A stretch of 39,457 nucleotides of DNA, from contig WLRE01000001.1 of assembly GCA_009698045.1 (NCBI GenBank), positions 1 to 39,457 on the forward strand. The letters run 5' to 3'. The notes under the pieces are model-generated. The model was not told the DNA's origin. It saw only the letters and a program-made list of their open reading frames with translations, and did not search any database. The translations under genes and the position numbers were made by a program. Source of the DNA: Actinomycetota bacterium (lineage in GTDB: Bacteria; Actinomycetota; Actinomycetes; Nanopelagicales; Nanopelagicaceae). Shown piece by piece: positions 21,001 through 30,266 of this stretch (positions are counted from its first letter, which is position 1; each line of letters begins with the position of its first letter).

Positions 21001-21181
21001 TGTGATGAGTACCTGGCATTCCATTTGCAGTTGGCGGTCCTTCATAGAAAGTCCAGTTTGGTTGGCCCGCTCTAGCTGATACAGACTTTGCAAAAATTTC
21101 TTGCGTCTCCCAGAAAGTCAGGATCTGATGTTCAACGGCAGGAAGGTCAATTTGGGGGGAGAGGTTGCGAATCGAAGCCAT
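18050..21181 (-). CDS. ileS: Isoleucine--tRNA ligase, type 2
   Basis: EGPPTANG, GWDCHGLP, WTTTPWTL, SRNRYWGTP, DQTRGWFY, KMSKH and a long IleRS2 C-terminus; start ATG 21181 after AAGGGGG. Confidence 0.97.
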   Translation of the reverse strand: MASIRNLSPQIDLPAVEHQILTFWETQEIFAKSVSARAGQPNWTFYEGPPTANGMPGTHHIEARVFKDLFPRYQTMKGNQVIRKAGWDCHGLPVEIAVEKELGFSGKGDIEKFGIAAFNDKCRESVQRHVDAFTGMTRRMGFWVDFDEAYWTMSSEYVESVWWSLQQIWKKGLLGQDHRVAPYCPRCGTGLSDHELAQGYETVTDPSVYVRFPATSGKLAELGATLLVWTTTPWTLVSNTAIAVNPKVEYQVIEVPLEDKTERLVVAANLAHILGEDRKVITTMLGSELEKTTYSRPFDLVEIPDAHIIVLADYVTIEDGTGLVHQAPAFGADDLQVCRSYNLPVVNPVAPDGTFLPEVGMVGGQFFKDADKPLIKDLKARGLMFKHTQYEHSYPHCWRCHTVLIYYAQPSWYIKTTQIKEALLRENEKTNWHPETIKTGRYGDWLTNNIDWAVSRNRYWGTPLPIWRCINKHEICIGSLAELGSLSGQELSGTDPHRPFVDDISFACAECSETMNRVPEVIDCWYDSGSMPFAQWGYPHKEGSVEKFKNAYPADFIAEAIDQTRGWFYTLMTIGTLVFDQSSYETVLCLGHILDKDGRKMSKHLGNVLEPVALMDQHGADAVRWYMLAAGSPWSARRVGHDAITDVVRKTLLTYWNTVSFFTLYAHAADFSLESTTPELTTLDRWITSELATLVAGVDSAYASYDSQDAGRLIAKFIDDLSNWYVRRSRRRFWDGDIAALHTLYRCLKELTLLMAPMVPFITEHVWQELVRVAQPEEQLSVHLGDFPISHQNEIDQALSDSVQLSRRLVELGRAARAESKIKIRQPLGRALVAANGWASMDAEIRSHVADELNVLSLDDISIAGADLVSVSIKANFKSIGARYGGDVQPIAQAIAAADATALVHTVRTAATATLSYGDKKSAEISLEDLVITETPKEGWSVASHSGESLALDLALTPELIEAGLVREVIRAIQEERKQAGFEISDRIQVRWSAPALIADAINKNEAAIAAEVLALGFTFVADTSDATSQAREIDLWLELKKA

Positions 21182-21315
21182 TACCGCCCCCTTGCCCACT
21201 ATTTCACGCTTGTTAACTAATTGAGCGCTTAGTCTAGCGCGGCAAAGTTGGTGTTTGCGCTCACCAGGTTCTAACCTTTGCGCCGCAGGTTAATTTAACG
21301 AAATATGAGGGTCCC

Positions 21316-22182
21316 GTGGCCATTAAGAAATTGGTAAAGAAAATTATAAAGAAGAGTGCAGCCAAGCCTGCCAAGAAAACCCCTGCTAAAAAAGCGCCCG
21401 CCAAGAATGTAAATAAGAAAGCTTCGGCGAAGACGGTTAAGAAGGCTCCGGCCAAGAAGTCTGGCGTCAAGAAGATTGCCAAGAAGGCTCCGGCTAAGAA
21501 AGTAGTAGCGAAGAAGGCACCAGCTAAAAAAGCCGCTCCCGCCAAAGTTCGCTCTGCCAATATTGTTAAACCATCACTTGCCAAGAAGCGCACGCCAGGT
21601 AAGCCATTTCCAGCGAAGTTACAACAGACAACAACTGGAGATTCCACAACAATTACCGTGACGCCTCGGGAAGTAAACAGCGGACCAGAAGTTGTTGTCG
21701 AAGAGCGTCGGTTAGTGATGACTCCGCCACCACGTCCAACAAAGGTGACTAAGAAAGGGGCAGGACTAAAGCCAATTAAAGCCGCACCTGCGCCACTTGT
21801 TGTCACTGATGGCGAAGATCCATGGACTGCAACAGAACTTAAGGCAATCCGCGTTGAACTCTCCAAGGATTTAGTTCGCTTGCGGGCCGAACTTGCTGAA
21901 GCCGAGAATGAGATGGAAGAACTCATTAGTTCAGCAGGAGTTGGCGCAGGCGATGATCAAGCCGATGCGGGCACCAAGACTTTCGAACGCGAACATGAGA
22001 TGTCACTTGTGTACAACGCCCGTGACATGGTTCTTCAAACAGAGCGAGCCCTTGATCGCATCGACAATAAAATTTATGGTCGCTGTGAAGAATGTGGCAA
22101 CTCTGTCGGCAAGGCTCGACTACATGTCTTTCCTCGCGCAACTTTGTGCATGATCTGTAAGCAGAAAGAAGAACGTCGCTGA
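21316..22182 (+). CDS. Histone-H1-like/DksA-TraR C4 zinc-finger fusion (DdbA-like)
   Basis: N-terminal AKKAPAKK repeats; C-terminal coiled coil with DDQADAG and CEEC...CMIC; same ileS/lspA neighbourhood as Streptomyces ddbA. Confidence 0.85.
   Translation: MAIKKLVKKIIKKSAAKPAKKTPAKKAPAKNVNKKASAKTVKKAPAKKSGVKKIAKKAPAKKVVAKKAPAKKAAPAKVRSANIVKPSLAKKRTPGKPFPAKLQQTTTGDSTTITVTPREVNSGPEVVVEERRLVMTPPPRPTKVTKKGAGLKPIKAAPAPLVVTDGEDPWTATELKAIRVELSKDLVRLRAELAEAENEMEELISSAGVGAGDDQADAGTKTFEREHEMSLVYNARDMVLQTERALDRIDNKIYGRCEECGNSVGKARLHVFPRATLCMICKQKEERR
21361..21546 (+). repeat. Degenerate coding repeats (Lys/Ala/Pro)
   Basis: Recurrent GCYAAGAA(A/G)GCNCCNGCYAAGAA units encoding KKAPAKK-like repeats. Confidence 0.75.
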
Positions 22183-22184
22183 CC

Positions 22185-22658
22185 TTGGCAATTCGTCGTC
22201 GGTTATCTCTAATTGCGTTGGCGGCTTTCGCCATTGATCTCATTACCAAGAGCGCAGCACTGACTTACTTGGATAGCGCTCCACGTAAAATTCTTGGCTC
22301 TTTTTTGCAATTGGAGTTGACCTTTAATTCTGGCGCGGCATTTAACTTGGCAAATTCAAAGACCATCTTCCTGACACTCTTTGCAGTAGTTGTTGCTGCC
22401 TTCATACTTTTTTTCGGAGGCAAAATAACCTCCCCGAAATGGGCATATGGGCTTGGGTTGATGCTGGGTGGAATTTTTGGCAATCTCTCAGATCGAATAT
22501 TTCGAGCACCAGGAGCGCTCCAAGGTGAGGTCGTTGATTGGATCAAGGTGAGCTATTGGCCGACATTTAATCTCGCCGATACCTCTATTGTTCTCGGTGC
22601 TGGACTAATTATTTTATTGAGTGCCAGGAACATTAATCCCATAGATAGGAATTCATGA
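22185..22658 (+). CDS. lspA: Lipoprotein signal peptidase II
   Basis: DLITK, NSGAAF, GNLSDR, VVDW, FNLAD. Confidence 0.95.
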   Translation: MAIRRRLSLIALAAFAIDLITKSAALTYLDSAPRKILGSFLQLELTFNSGAAFNLANSKTIFLTLFAVVVAAFILFFGGKITSPKWAYGLGLMLGGIFGNLSDRIFRAPGALQGEVVDWIKVSYWPTFNLADTSIVLGAGLIILLSARNINPIDRNS

Positions 22659-23602
22659 GTACCGAAGGCCGCGAACGCAAGGTAGTACTCATTCCTGAGG
22701 GTTTAGATCAAGAGCGATTAGATGCAGCACTGGCTCGACTTTTAGGGCTCTCACGTTCGGCAGTTGTAGGACTTATTGAAGCCGGCGAAGTCACTGCTCA
22801 CGGTAAACCGTTAGCTAAGTCCGAACGCGTCGCTTCCAATCAATACATAGAGATCTTGATGCCAGCGCCCAAGGTTGCGCCATCACTTCAACCCACGCCG
22901 ATAGAAGGCTTGAGTGTTATTTATGATGATCAAGATGTCATCGTTATTGATAAGCCGGCGGGAATCGCCGCTCACCCTAGTCCTGGCTGGCAAGGTGCAA
23001 CCGTCATTGGTGCAATCATCGCTGCGGGATATTCAGTCTCCACAACGGGTGCGGCAGAGCGCCAAGGAGTTGTTCATCGTTTAGATGTTGGTACTACCGG
23101 ATTAATGGTGGTGGCGAAGAATGAGAATTCGTACAGCAATCTCAAGCAGCAATTTAGAGATCGCACCGTTCATAAGATTTATCATGCGCTAGTGCAGGGT
23201 CATATGGATCCTTCTGAAGGCACCATCGATGCACCTATCGATCGCCATCCTCGCGAAGATTATCGATTTGCCGTAGTTGCAGATGGCAAAGAGAGCATCA
23301 CTCACTACACCGCACTGGAATATTTCCCTGCTGTCTCTCTCTTAGAAATCGAACTCGAAACGGGCCGCACCCATCAGATTCGGGTTCACTTCTCTGCACT
23401 ACGTCATCCATTGGTAGGGGATGTTACCTATGGCGCTGACCACACCATCTCTGACCGGCTAGAGATAAGGCGTCCGTGGTTACATGCACACAAGCTCTCT
23501 TTCCTGCACCCAGCCAATGGCCAAGAGGTTAGTTTCCAAACTCCGTACCCTGCTGATCTGACACGCTCGCTACAAATTTTGAGCGACACCCCACAAGGCT
23601 AG
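22655..23602 (+). CDS. rluD: RluA-family pseudouridine synthase with S4 domain (RluD-like)
   Basis: RLD S4 start, KPAG, VHRLDVGTTG, ETGRTHQIRVH. Confidence 0.9.
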   Translation: MSTEGRERKVVLIPEGLDQERLDAALARLLGLSRSAVVGLIEAGEVTAHGKPLAKSERVASNQYIEILMPAPKVAPSLQPTPIEGLSVIYDDQDVIVIDKPAGIAAHPSPGWQGATVIGAIIAAGYSVSTTGAAERQGVVHRLDVGTTGLMVVAKNENSYSNLKQQFRDRTVHKIYHALVQGHMDPSEGTIDAPIDRHPREDYRFAVVADGKESITHYTALEYFPAVSLLEIELETGRTHQIRVHFSALRHPLVGDVTYGADHTISDRLEIRRPWLHAHKLSFLHPANGQEVSFQTPYPADLTRSLQILSDTPQG

Positions 23603-23613
23603 TTCGTCAGTAG

Positions 23614-23619
23614 TAATCT
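23614..23619 (+). promoter_or_regulatory. Putative -10 box (TAATCT) for leaderless dnaE
   Basis: TANNNT 7 nt before ATG 23627; no SD. Confidence 0.5.
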
Positions 23620-23626
23620 CCCATAG

Positions 23627-26600
23627 ATGTCCGCAGAATCCTCCGCCTCCGCTAGCAACGAAAATTTCGTGCATTTACATGTGCATACCGAATATTCGAT
23701 GCTCGATGGTGCTGCGCGTATTCAAGAACTAGTCGATGAAGTGGCTGCGCAAGGCATGCCCGCCATCGCGATGACAGATCACGGCAATGTTTTTGGGGCT
23801 TTTGATTTCTACAAGAAGGCAAAGAAAGCTGGAGTAAAACCAATCATCGGTATCGAAGCTTATGTCGCACCCGAATCACGTTTTGAAAAACGTCGTGTGA
23901 AATGGGCCGATGGCGGAGAAGATGATGTCTCCGGTGGCGGGGCATATACCCACATGACCTTGCTGGCAGAGAACAATGATGGTCTCGCTAATCTGTTCAA
24001 GTTATCTTCACTTGCTTCGCTAGAAGGTTATTACTACAAACCACGCATGGACCGCGAGCTCCTTTCGACATATGCCAAAGGAATTATTGCTACGACCGGA
24101 TGTCCTGGTGGTGAAGTTCAGACCAGGCTGCGAATGGGTGCATATAAAGAGGCAAAAATCGCAGCAAGTGATCTTCGAGATATTTTCGGTGCCGAGAATT
24201 TCTATCTTGAACTAATGGACCATGGCATCGAGATCGAGAATCGCGTCAAAGCTGATCTGCTCAAACTGGGTAAAGAACTTGGCTTGCCGCTTCTAGCGAC
24301 CAACGATCTTCACTACACCAAACATGCAGATGCAGCAGCACATGATGCACTTCTCTGCGTTCAGTCGGGTTCCACCATGGCTGATCCCAAGCGGTTTAAA
24401 TTTGATAACGATGAGTTTTACGTTAAGAGCGCGGCTCAAATGCGCACTCTCTTCTCTGAGATTCCTGAAAGCTGTGATAACACGCTTCTGATCGCCGAAC
24501 GTTGCAACGTCACAATGCGCGAGAATGAGAATCTCTTACCTGTCTTCACAGTTCCACAGGGCGAGACTGAGGATTCATGGCTTCGCACATTAGCCAATCA
24601 AGGACTGGCAGAACGCATGGGCGGAGAGATTCCGGCTCACTATCAAGAGCGTTTGGATTTTGAATTAGAAGTCATGATCAAGATGGGCTTTCCAGGCTAC
24701 TTTCTTGTCGTCTCTGATTTATGTTCACATGCGCGAGAAGTCGGAATTCGTGTTGGACCGGGTCGTGGTTCTGCTGCAGGTTCACTCGTGTCCTACGTTT
24801 TAGGAATCACACAACTCGATCCCATCAAACATGGTCTCTTGTTTGAGCGTTTTCTCAATCCAGAGCGTATTTCAATGCCTGATATCGACCTGGACTTTGA
24901 TGAACGTAGACGCTCAGAAATGATTGCGTATGCAACCCAAAAATATGGTGAAGATCGAGTCGCTCAAATCATTACGTACGGAACAATTAAATCTAAGCAA
25001 GCCCTCAAGGATTCCACGCGAGTTCTCGGCTATCCATATGCAATGGGAGATCGACTTACCAAAGCGCTGCCACCATCTGTAATGGGTAAAGACATAACTC
25101 TTGCGGGAGTCTTTGATCCCAAGAATGATCGATATGGCGAGGCTGGGGAGTTTCGCACGTTGTATGAAACCGATTCAGATTCCAAAACGATTGTTGATAC
25201 CGCACTTGGCTTAGAAGGTCTTAAGCGCCAGTGGGGTGTGCACGCAGCAGGCGTAATTCTTTCGCGCTATCCACTGCTTGATGTGATCCCGATTCATCGC
25301 CGTGAAGCAGACGGGGCGATTATTACTCAATTTGATATGGGTGCCTGCGAATCTATCGGTCTACTCAAGATGGACTTCTTAGGTCTTCGCAATCTCTCAG
25401 TTCTCGATGACGCGCTCCTCAACATCAAAGCAAACAAAGGCGTAGATGTAGATCTGGCAGCGCTGACTCTCGATGATCCCAAGACGTATCAATTACTAGG
25501 TAGTGGTGAAACTCTGGGAGTGTTCCAACTCGATGGTGGCCCAATGCGTGGACTCTTGCGGCAGATGATTCCGGATTCATTTGAAGATATCTCTGCTGTT
25601 ATCGCACTCTACCGACCAGGACCGATGGGCGTTAATGCTCATACCGACTACGCCGATCGTAAGAATAAGCGCAAGCCAGTGGAATCAATCCACCCAGAAC
25701 TCACCGAAGCGCTCTCTGAAATTTTGGGCGATACCTATGGCCTTATTGTTTATCAAGAGCAAGTTATGGCCATTGCCCAAAAACTTGCTGGCTTTAGTCT
25801 GGGTCGTGCGGATTTATTGCGTAAAGCAATGGGCAAGAAGAATAAAGATATCCTCGATAAAGAGTATGTGAACTTTGAAAAAGGAATGCAAGATAATGGA
25901 TTTTCCACTGGTGCAATTGCAAAATTGTGGGAGACGCTAATTCCGTTCTCGGATTATGCATTTAACCGCGCGCACAGTGCGGGGTACGGCCTAGTCAGTT
26001 ATTGGACCGCCTATCTCAAAGCTAACTTTCCAACCGAATATATGGCTGCTCTACTTACCAGCGTTCGAGATGACAAAGATAAGAGCGCGCTCTATCTCAA
26101 TGAGTGCCGTCGCATGGGCATCAAAGTCCTATCACCTGATGTCAATGAATCTGGTTCCGATTACACCCCGCTTGGCGGGGACATTCGCTTCGGTCTTACT
26201 GCAATTCGAAATGTTGGCGAGAATGTGGTCGCCTCGATTGTTGCTCGTCGCGCCGAAAAGGGGCGTTACGAATCCTTCGGAGATTTTCTAGCCAAGGTGG
26301 ATTCAATAGTCTGCAATAAGAAGACGATTGAATCGCTGATAAAGGGCGGAGCTTTCGACTCATTAGGCCATCCGCGAAAAGGTTTAACACTCGTTTATCT
26401 CGAAGCTATCGATGCGGTTGCTGAAAGCAAGCGAGCCGAAGCGATAGGTCAATTTGATCTCTTTGGGTCTGCCACGGGTGAAGCAACAAGTTCGATTGGC
26501 GGAGTGGAACTCAATATTCCCTCTCAAGAGTGGGAGAAGGCGCTGCTGCTTAGCTATGAACGTGAGATGTTAGGTCTCTACGTTTCAGATCACCCACTCC

Positions 26601-27163
26601 TAGGGGTAGAACATGTACTTCGCGCTGCGGTAGATATGCCCATCAGTCAAATCTCGGAAGATTCAGTGGGGCATGACCAAATTATTTCCATTGGTGGATT
26701 AATAACTCAGATTCAGCGCAAAGTCTCGAAAACGGGAACATCCTGGGCAATTGTCACCGTCGAAGATCTTGAAGGCGCAGTGGATGTCATGTTCTATTCC
26801 AACTCTTATACCAAGCACGCAATGAACTTGGTCGATGATCGAGTTATTGTGGTTCGTGGCCGCGTAGATAAACGAGAAGAGCAAGTAAAGATTTCAGCAC
26901 TCGATTTATCTCTCCCTGATATCAGCGCAGGACCAGTAGGCCCATTAACGATTCATCTCGATCAGGCACGTTGTACACCTCCAGTTGTGGAACGGATCAA
27001 GGAGATCCTTCGCTCACATCCCGGTAAGCGTGAGGTAAATCTCCGTATCGCCGACGGCGAGAAAGTACTCGTCCTAAAGATTGATGAGGCTCTTAAAGTG
27101 ACCTCCTCGCCGAGTTTGAGCGCTGATTTAAAATCTATTCTCGGACCAGATTGCTTGGTCTGA
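23627..27163 (+). CDS. dnaE: DNA polymerase III alpha subunit
   Basis: PHP motif HLHVHTEYS, GRGSAAGS, PDIDLD, KMDFLGL, OB fold; no intein. Confidence 0.98.
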   Translation: MSAESSASASNENFVHLHVHTEYSMLDGAARIQELVDEVAAQGMPAIAMTDHGNVFGAFDFYKKAKKAGVKPIIGIEAYVAPESRFEKRRVKWADGGEDDVSGGGAYTHMTLLAENNDGLANLFKLSSLASLEGYYYKPRMDRELLSTYAKGIIATTGCPGGEVQTRLRMGAYKEAKIAASDLRDIFGAENFYLELMDHGIEIENRVKADLLKLGKELGLPLLATNDLHYTKHADAAAHDALLCVQSGSTMADPKRFKFDNDEFYVKSAAQMRTLFSEIPESCDNTLLIAERCNVTMRENENLLPVFTVPQGETEDSWLRTLANQGLAERMGGEIPAHYQERLDFELEVMIKMGFPGYFLVVSDLCSHAREVGIRVGPGRGSAAGSLVSYVLGITQLDPIKHGLLFERFLNPERISMPDIDLDFDERRRSEMIAYATQKYGEDRVAQIITYGTIKSKQALKDSTRVLGYPYAMGDRLTKALPPSVMGKDITLAGVFDPKNDRYGEAGEFRTLYETDSDSKTIVDTALGLEGLKRQWGVHAAGVILSRYPLLDVIPIHRREADGAIITQFDMGACESIGLLKMDFLGLRNLSVLDDALLNIKANKGVDVDLAALTLDDPKTYQLLGSGETLGVFQLDGGPMRGLLRQMIPDSFEDISAVIALYRPGPMGVNAHTDYADRKNKRKPVESIHPELTEALSEILGDTYGLIVYQEQVMAIAQKLAGFSLGRADLLRKAMGKKNKDILDKEYVNFEKGMQDNGFSTGAIAKLWETLIPFSDYAFNRAHSAGYGLVSYWTAYLKANFPTEYMAALLTSVRDDKDKSALYLNECRRMGIKVLSPDVNESGSDYTPLGGDIRFGLTAIRNVGENVVASIVARRAEKGRYESFGDFLAKVDSIVCNKKTIESLIKGGAFDSLGHPRKGLTLVYLEAIDAVAESKRAEAIGQFDLFGSATGEATSSIGGVELNIPSQEWEKALLLSYEREMLGLYVSDHPLLGVEHVLRAAVDMPISQISEDSVGHDQIISIGGLITQIQRKVSKTGTSWAIVTVEDLEGAVDVMFYSNSYTKHAMNLVDDRVIVVRGRVDKREEQVKISALDLSLPDISAGPVGPLTIHLDQARCTPPVVERIKEILRSHPGKREVNLRIADGEKVLVLKIDEALKVTSSPSLSADLKSILGPDCLV

Positions 27164-27199
27164 GACCAAAATACGACGCAGCTCACGAGGCAGTGGCTC

Positions 27200-27205
27200 T
27201 AGAAT
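27200..27205 (+). promoter_or_regulatory. Putative -10 box (TAGAAT) for leaderless his operon
   Basis: Near-consensus -10, 6 nt before GTG 27212. Confidence 0.6.
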
Positions 27206-27211
27206 TGGCGA

Positions 27212-28534
27212 GTGAAACCAATAGCGCTCCGTCTGGTTGACTTGCGCGGACGTGCACTCTCTAAATCTGAATATCTTCGAGAGCTTCCTCGCGCTGCGCT
27301 AGATATTGAAACCGCGATGAAGGCGATTGAACCAATATTGCAAACGGTCGCTAGTGCAACTGAGAAAGATCTGATTGATCTAGGTGAGAAATTTGATGGA
27401 GTTCGCCCAGCATCAATTCGCGTGAGTTCGGAAGAAATTTCCCGTGCACTTTCTACGCTCGATTCCGATGTCCGAAGCGCTCTAGAAGAGGCAATTCTGC
27501 GCATCAAGAAAGTTCATGCAGATCAAATACGCACTGAGAAGAAGACGATAGTGGTCGACGGGGGAGAAGTAACCCAACGCTGGATTCCTGTTGATCGAGT
27601 AGGCCTCTATGTTCCGGGTGGTCGCGCGGTCTATCCAAGCTCGGTAATTATGAATGTGGTTCCAGCGCAAATAGCGGGCGTTCCTAGTATCGCAGTCGCC
27701 TCACCACCGCAAGCTGATAACAATGGCCTTCCCAACCAAACAATATTGGCAACATGTGCACTTCTCGGGATCACCGAGGTTTATGCAATTGGCGGTGCCC
27801 AGGCAATTGCGATGTTTGCATACGGAGTACTGGGCGTGTGTGAACGAGCCGACATGGTCACTGGCCCTGGCAATATTTATGTTGCGGCGGCAAAGCGTGC
27901 GCTGCGCGGATTAATCGGTATTGATTCCGAGGCTGGCCCCACTGAAATTGCAATTCTCGCTGATGACTCCGCGATAGCTAGAGAAGTGGCTGCAGATTTA
28001 ATTAGCCAGGCAGAACACGATGTTATCGCCGCCGCCGTTCTTGTAACTCCATCACTTGAACTAGCCGAGGAAGTTCAAGTTGAATTAGAGAAGCGCGTGC
28101 GCGCTACTAAACACCAAGAGAGAATTCGTGAAGCGCTCTCTGGCATTCAATCTGCCATTGTTTTAGTTGATAATGAGGCACAAGGAATCGATGTTGTTAA
28201 TGCCTATGCCGCCGAGCACCTCGAACTCGTAACTAAGAATCCGGAACTGACCGCTCAATCTATTCGCAACGCGGGAGCGGTATTCCTTGGACGTTTCTCA
28301 CCAGTATCACTTGGCGATTATTCAGCTGGGTCTAATCACGTTTTGCCTACTGGCGGATGCGCCTGTCACTCCAGCGGCCTTTCTGTACAGAGTTTTCTCA
28401 AAGGCGTCTCGTTTATTCAATATAGCGAGAGCGCATTTAGAGATATTGCCAATAATGTTATTACGCTCGCCAACTCAGAAGACTTGCCTGCACACGGCGA
28501 GGCTATGAGTGCCCGGCTTGAAGGAGAGAAGTAA
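27212..28534 (+). CDS. hisD: Histidinol dehydrogenase
   Basis: [39 protein letters not shown]. Confidence 0.97.
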   Translation: MKPIALRLVDLRGRALSKSEYLRELPRAALDIETAMKAIEPILQTVASATEKDLIDLGEKFDGVRPASIRVSSEEISRALSTLDSDVRSALEEAILRIKKVHADQIRTEKKTIVVDGGEVTQRWIPVDRVGLYVPGGRAVYPSSVIMNVVPAQIAGVPSIAVASPPQADNNGLPNQTILATCALLGITEVYAIGGAQAIAMFAYGVLGVCERADMVTGPGNIYVAAAKRALRGLIGIDSEAGPTEIAILADDSAIAREVAADLISQAEHDVIAAAVLVTPSLELAEEVQVELEKRVRATKHQERIREALSGIQSAIVLVDNEAQGIDVVNAYAAEHLELVTKNPELTAQSIRNAGAVFLGRFSPVSLGDYSAGSNHVLPTGGCACHSSGLSVQSFLKGVSFIQYSESAFRDIANNVITLANSEDLPAHGEAMSARLEGEK

Positions 28535-29625
28535 TGGCTACCAATTGGCCATCATGGCTGCCATTGCGCGCATCACTTCGCACTCTCTCTCCATACGGTG
28601 CGCCACAAATTCCTAATGTATTGAGTTTGAATACAAACGAGAATCCATTCGAACTGCCCGGTGAAGTAGTGGATGCAATAATGGAAAAACTCCCACAAGT
28701 TCTAACCAGACTCAACCGCTATCCAGATCGCGATGCGACGAAATTGCGTACTCTCTTAGCAAATTACATTAATACCGCGTCTGGCACTAATTTCTCGCAA
28801 GTAAATATCTGGGCAGCAAATGGCAGTAATGAGATTTTACAAACGCTGATGTTAGCTTTGGGGGAGCGACCTGCGCTTGGGTTCGTGCCCTCATATTCGG
28901 TACATCCGCTCATCGCACAGACGACCGGCGTTGAATGGCGGGCAGGAAATCGTCGAGAAAATTTCACACTCGACATCTCATATGCAATCCAAGAGATTCA
29001 ACGGATCAAACCAGGACTTACCTTTATAACCACGCCAAATAATCCCACGGGAACTAATCTCCCGATTACAGACATTATTGATCTTGCTAAAGCCACAGCG
29101 GAAATTAATGGAGTGCTAGTAGTAGATGAGGCGTACGCCGAATTTTCCGATGAACTTTCAGCGGTGACTCTTCTCGGTACTCACCACAACATCGTGGTTG
29201 TCCGCACGATGAGTAAGGCCTTTGCGTTCGCTGGCGCACGTGTTGGATATCTAGTAGCCCAACCAGAAGTTATCGATGCTTGCTTAATTACGCGATTGCC
29301 TTATCACTTAAGTTCTGTTACCCAAGCGATCGCTGAAGTTGCCCTCACTCATAGCACCGCTCTTATGGCTGAGGTGGCACAACTCAAGGTGGAACGTGAA
29401 AGAGTTTGCGCAGCCTTAATCGCTCTGGGATATGCCGTTGCTCCGAGTGCCGCAAATTTTCTACTTTTCAGTGGATTCAAGCGAACTTCGCCTGAGATCT
29501 GGAAAGAGTTAGTGGATGCAGGAATTTTGATTAGAGATGTAGGAATCACTGGATACCTGCGCGTAACCATCGGTACCCCAGCCGAAAATGAGCGGTTCTT
29601 AGCCGCACTCAAAGCGTTAAAATAA
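28534..29625 (+). CDS. hisC: Histidinol-phosphate aminotransferase
   Basis: [38 protein letters not shown]. Confidence 0.96.
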   Translation: MATNWPSWLPLRASLRTLSPYGAPQIPNVLSLNTNENPFELPGEVVDAIMEKLPQVLTRLNRYPDRDATKLRTLLANYINTASGTNFSQVNIWAANGSNEILQTLMLALGERPALGFVPSYSVHPLIAQTTGVEWRAGNRRENFTLDISYAIQEIQRIKPGLTFITTPNNPTGTNLPITDIIDLAKATAEINGVLVVDEAYAEFSDELSAVTLLGTHHNIVVVRTMSKAFAFAGARVGYLVAQPEVIDACLITRLPYHLSSVTQAIAEVALTHSTALMAEVAQLKVERERVCAALIALGYAVAPSAANFLLFSGFKRTSPEIWKELVDAGILIRDVGITGYLRVTIGTPAENERFLAALKALK

Positions 29626-29676
29626 TCCGAGGCAAGTCCCAAGCCAGTCCCAAGCTAGTCGAAGCAATCCGAAGGA
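29624..29676 (+). repeat. Five imperfect ~11-nt tandem units between hisC and hisB
   Basis: AATCCGAGGCA AGTCCCAAGCC AGTCCCAAGCT AGTCGAAGC AATCCGAAGGA. Confidence 0.75.
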
Positions 29677-29681
29677 GAGAT

Positions 29682-30266
29682 ATGAGAACCGCACGCATTG
29701 ATCGAAAGACCAAAGAGTCTCATGTCCAAATTGAACTTAATCTTGACGGTACTGGGGAGATCTCAGTCGATACCGGAGTTCCCTTCTTCGACCATATGCT
29801 CTCGCAACTCGGTAAGCACTCTGGTTTTGATTTAACTGTAAAAACCGTAGGCGATGTAGATGTTGACTCTCACCACACCGTCGAAGATACATCGCTTGCT
29901 TTTGGTGAGGCGCTGCGTACTGCTTTAGGCGATAAATCTGGGATACGCCGATTCGGAGATGCAATGGTGCCATTGGATGAAGTTCTCGTTCAAGCAGCAG
30001 TAGATCTATCCGGTCGACCATATCTAGTACATCGCCAACCTGAAATCGTGGAACTCATCGGCACATTCGACACCACGCTTGGTCGCCACATCTGGGAATC
30101 GATTGTTGCGGAAGCGCACATCGCTCTGCATATTCGCGTACTCGAAGGTCGCAACGCACACCACGTCTTTGAGGCGCAATTCAAAGCTGTTGCTCGCGCA
30201 CTCCGCGATGCAGTTGCTATTGATGGCCGCGTTACTGGAATTCCATCCACCAAGGGCGTTCTTTGA
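29682..30266 (+). CDS. hisB: Imidazoleglycerol-phosphate dehydratase
   Basis: [27 protein letters not shown]. Confidence 0.97.
   Translation: MRTARIDRKTKESHVQIELNLDGTGEISVDTGVPFFDHMLSQLGKHSGFDLTVKTVGDVDVDSHHTVEDTSLAFGEALRTALGDKSGIRRFGDAMVPLDEVLVQAAVDLSGRPYLVHRQPEIVELIGTFDTTLGRHIWESIVAEAHIALHIRVLEGRNAHHVFEAQFKAVARALRDAVAIDGRVTGIPSTKGVL

Noticed and set aside
21261-21926. 221-aa antisense ORF
   Set aside because: Shadow of the low-complexity K/A/P-rich ddbA-like gene; no motifs
23627-27163. Intein or split dnaE
   Set aside because: Length and motif order are normal; no insertion seen
29624-29676. CRISPR-like array
   Set aside because: Units only about 11 nt, no spacers, no cas genes
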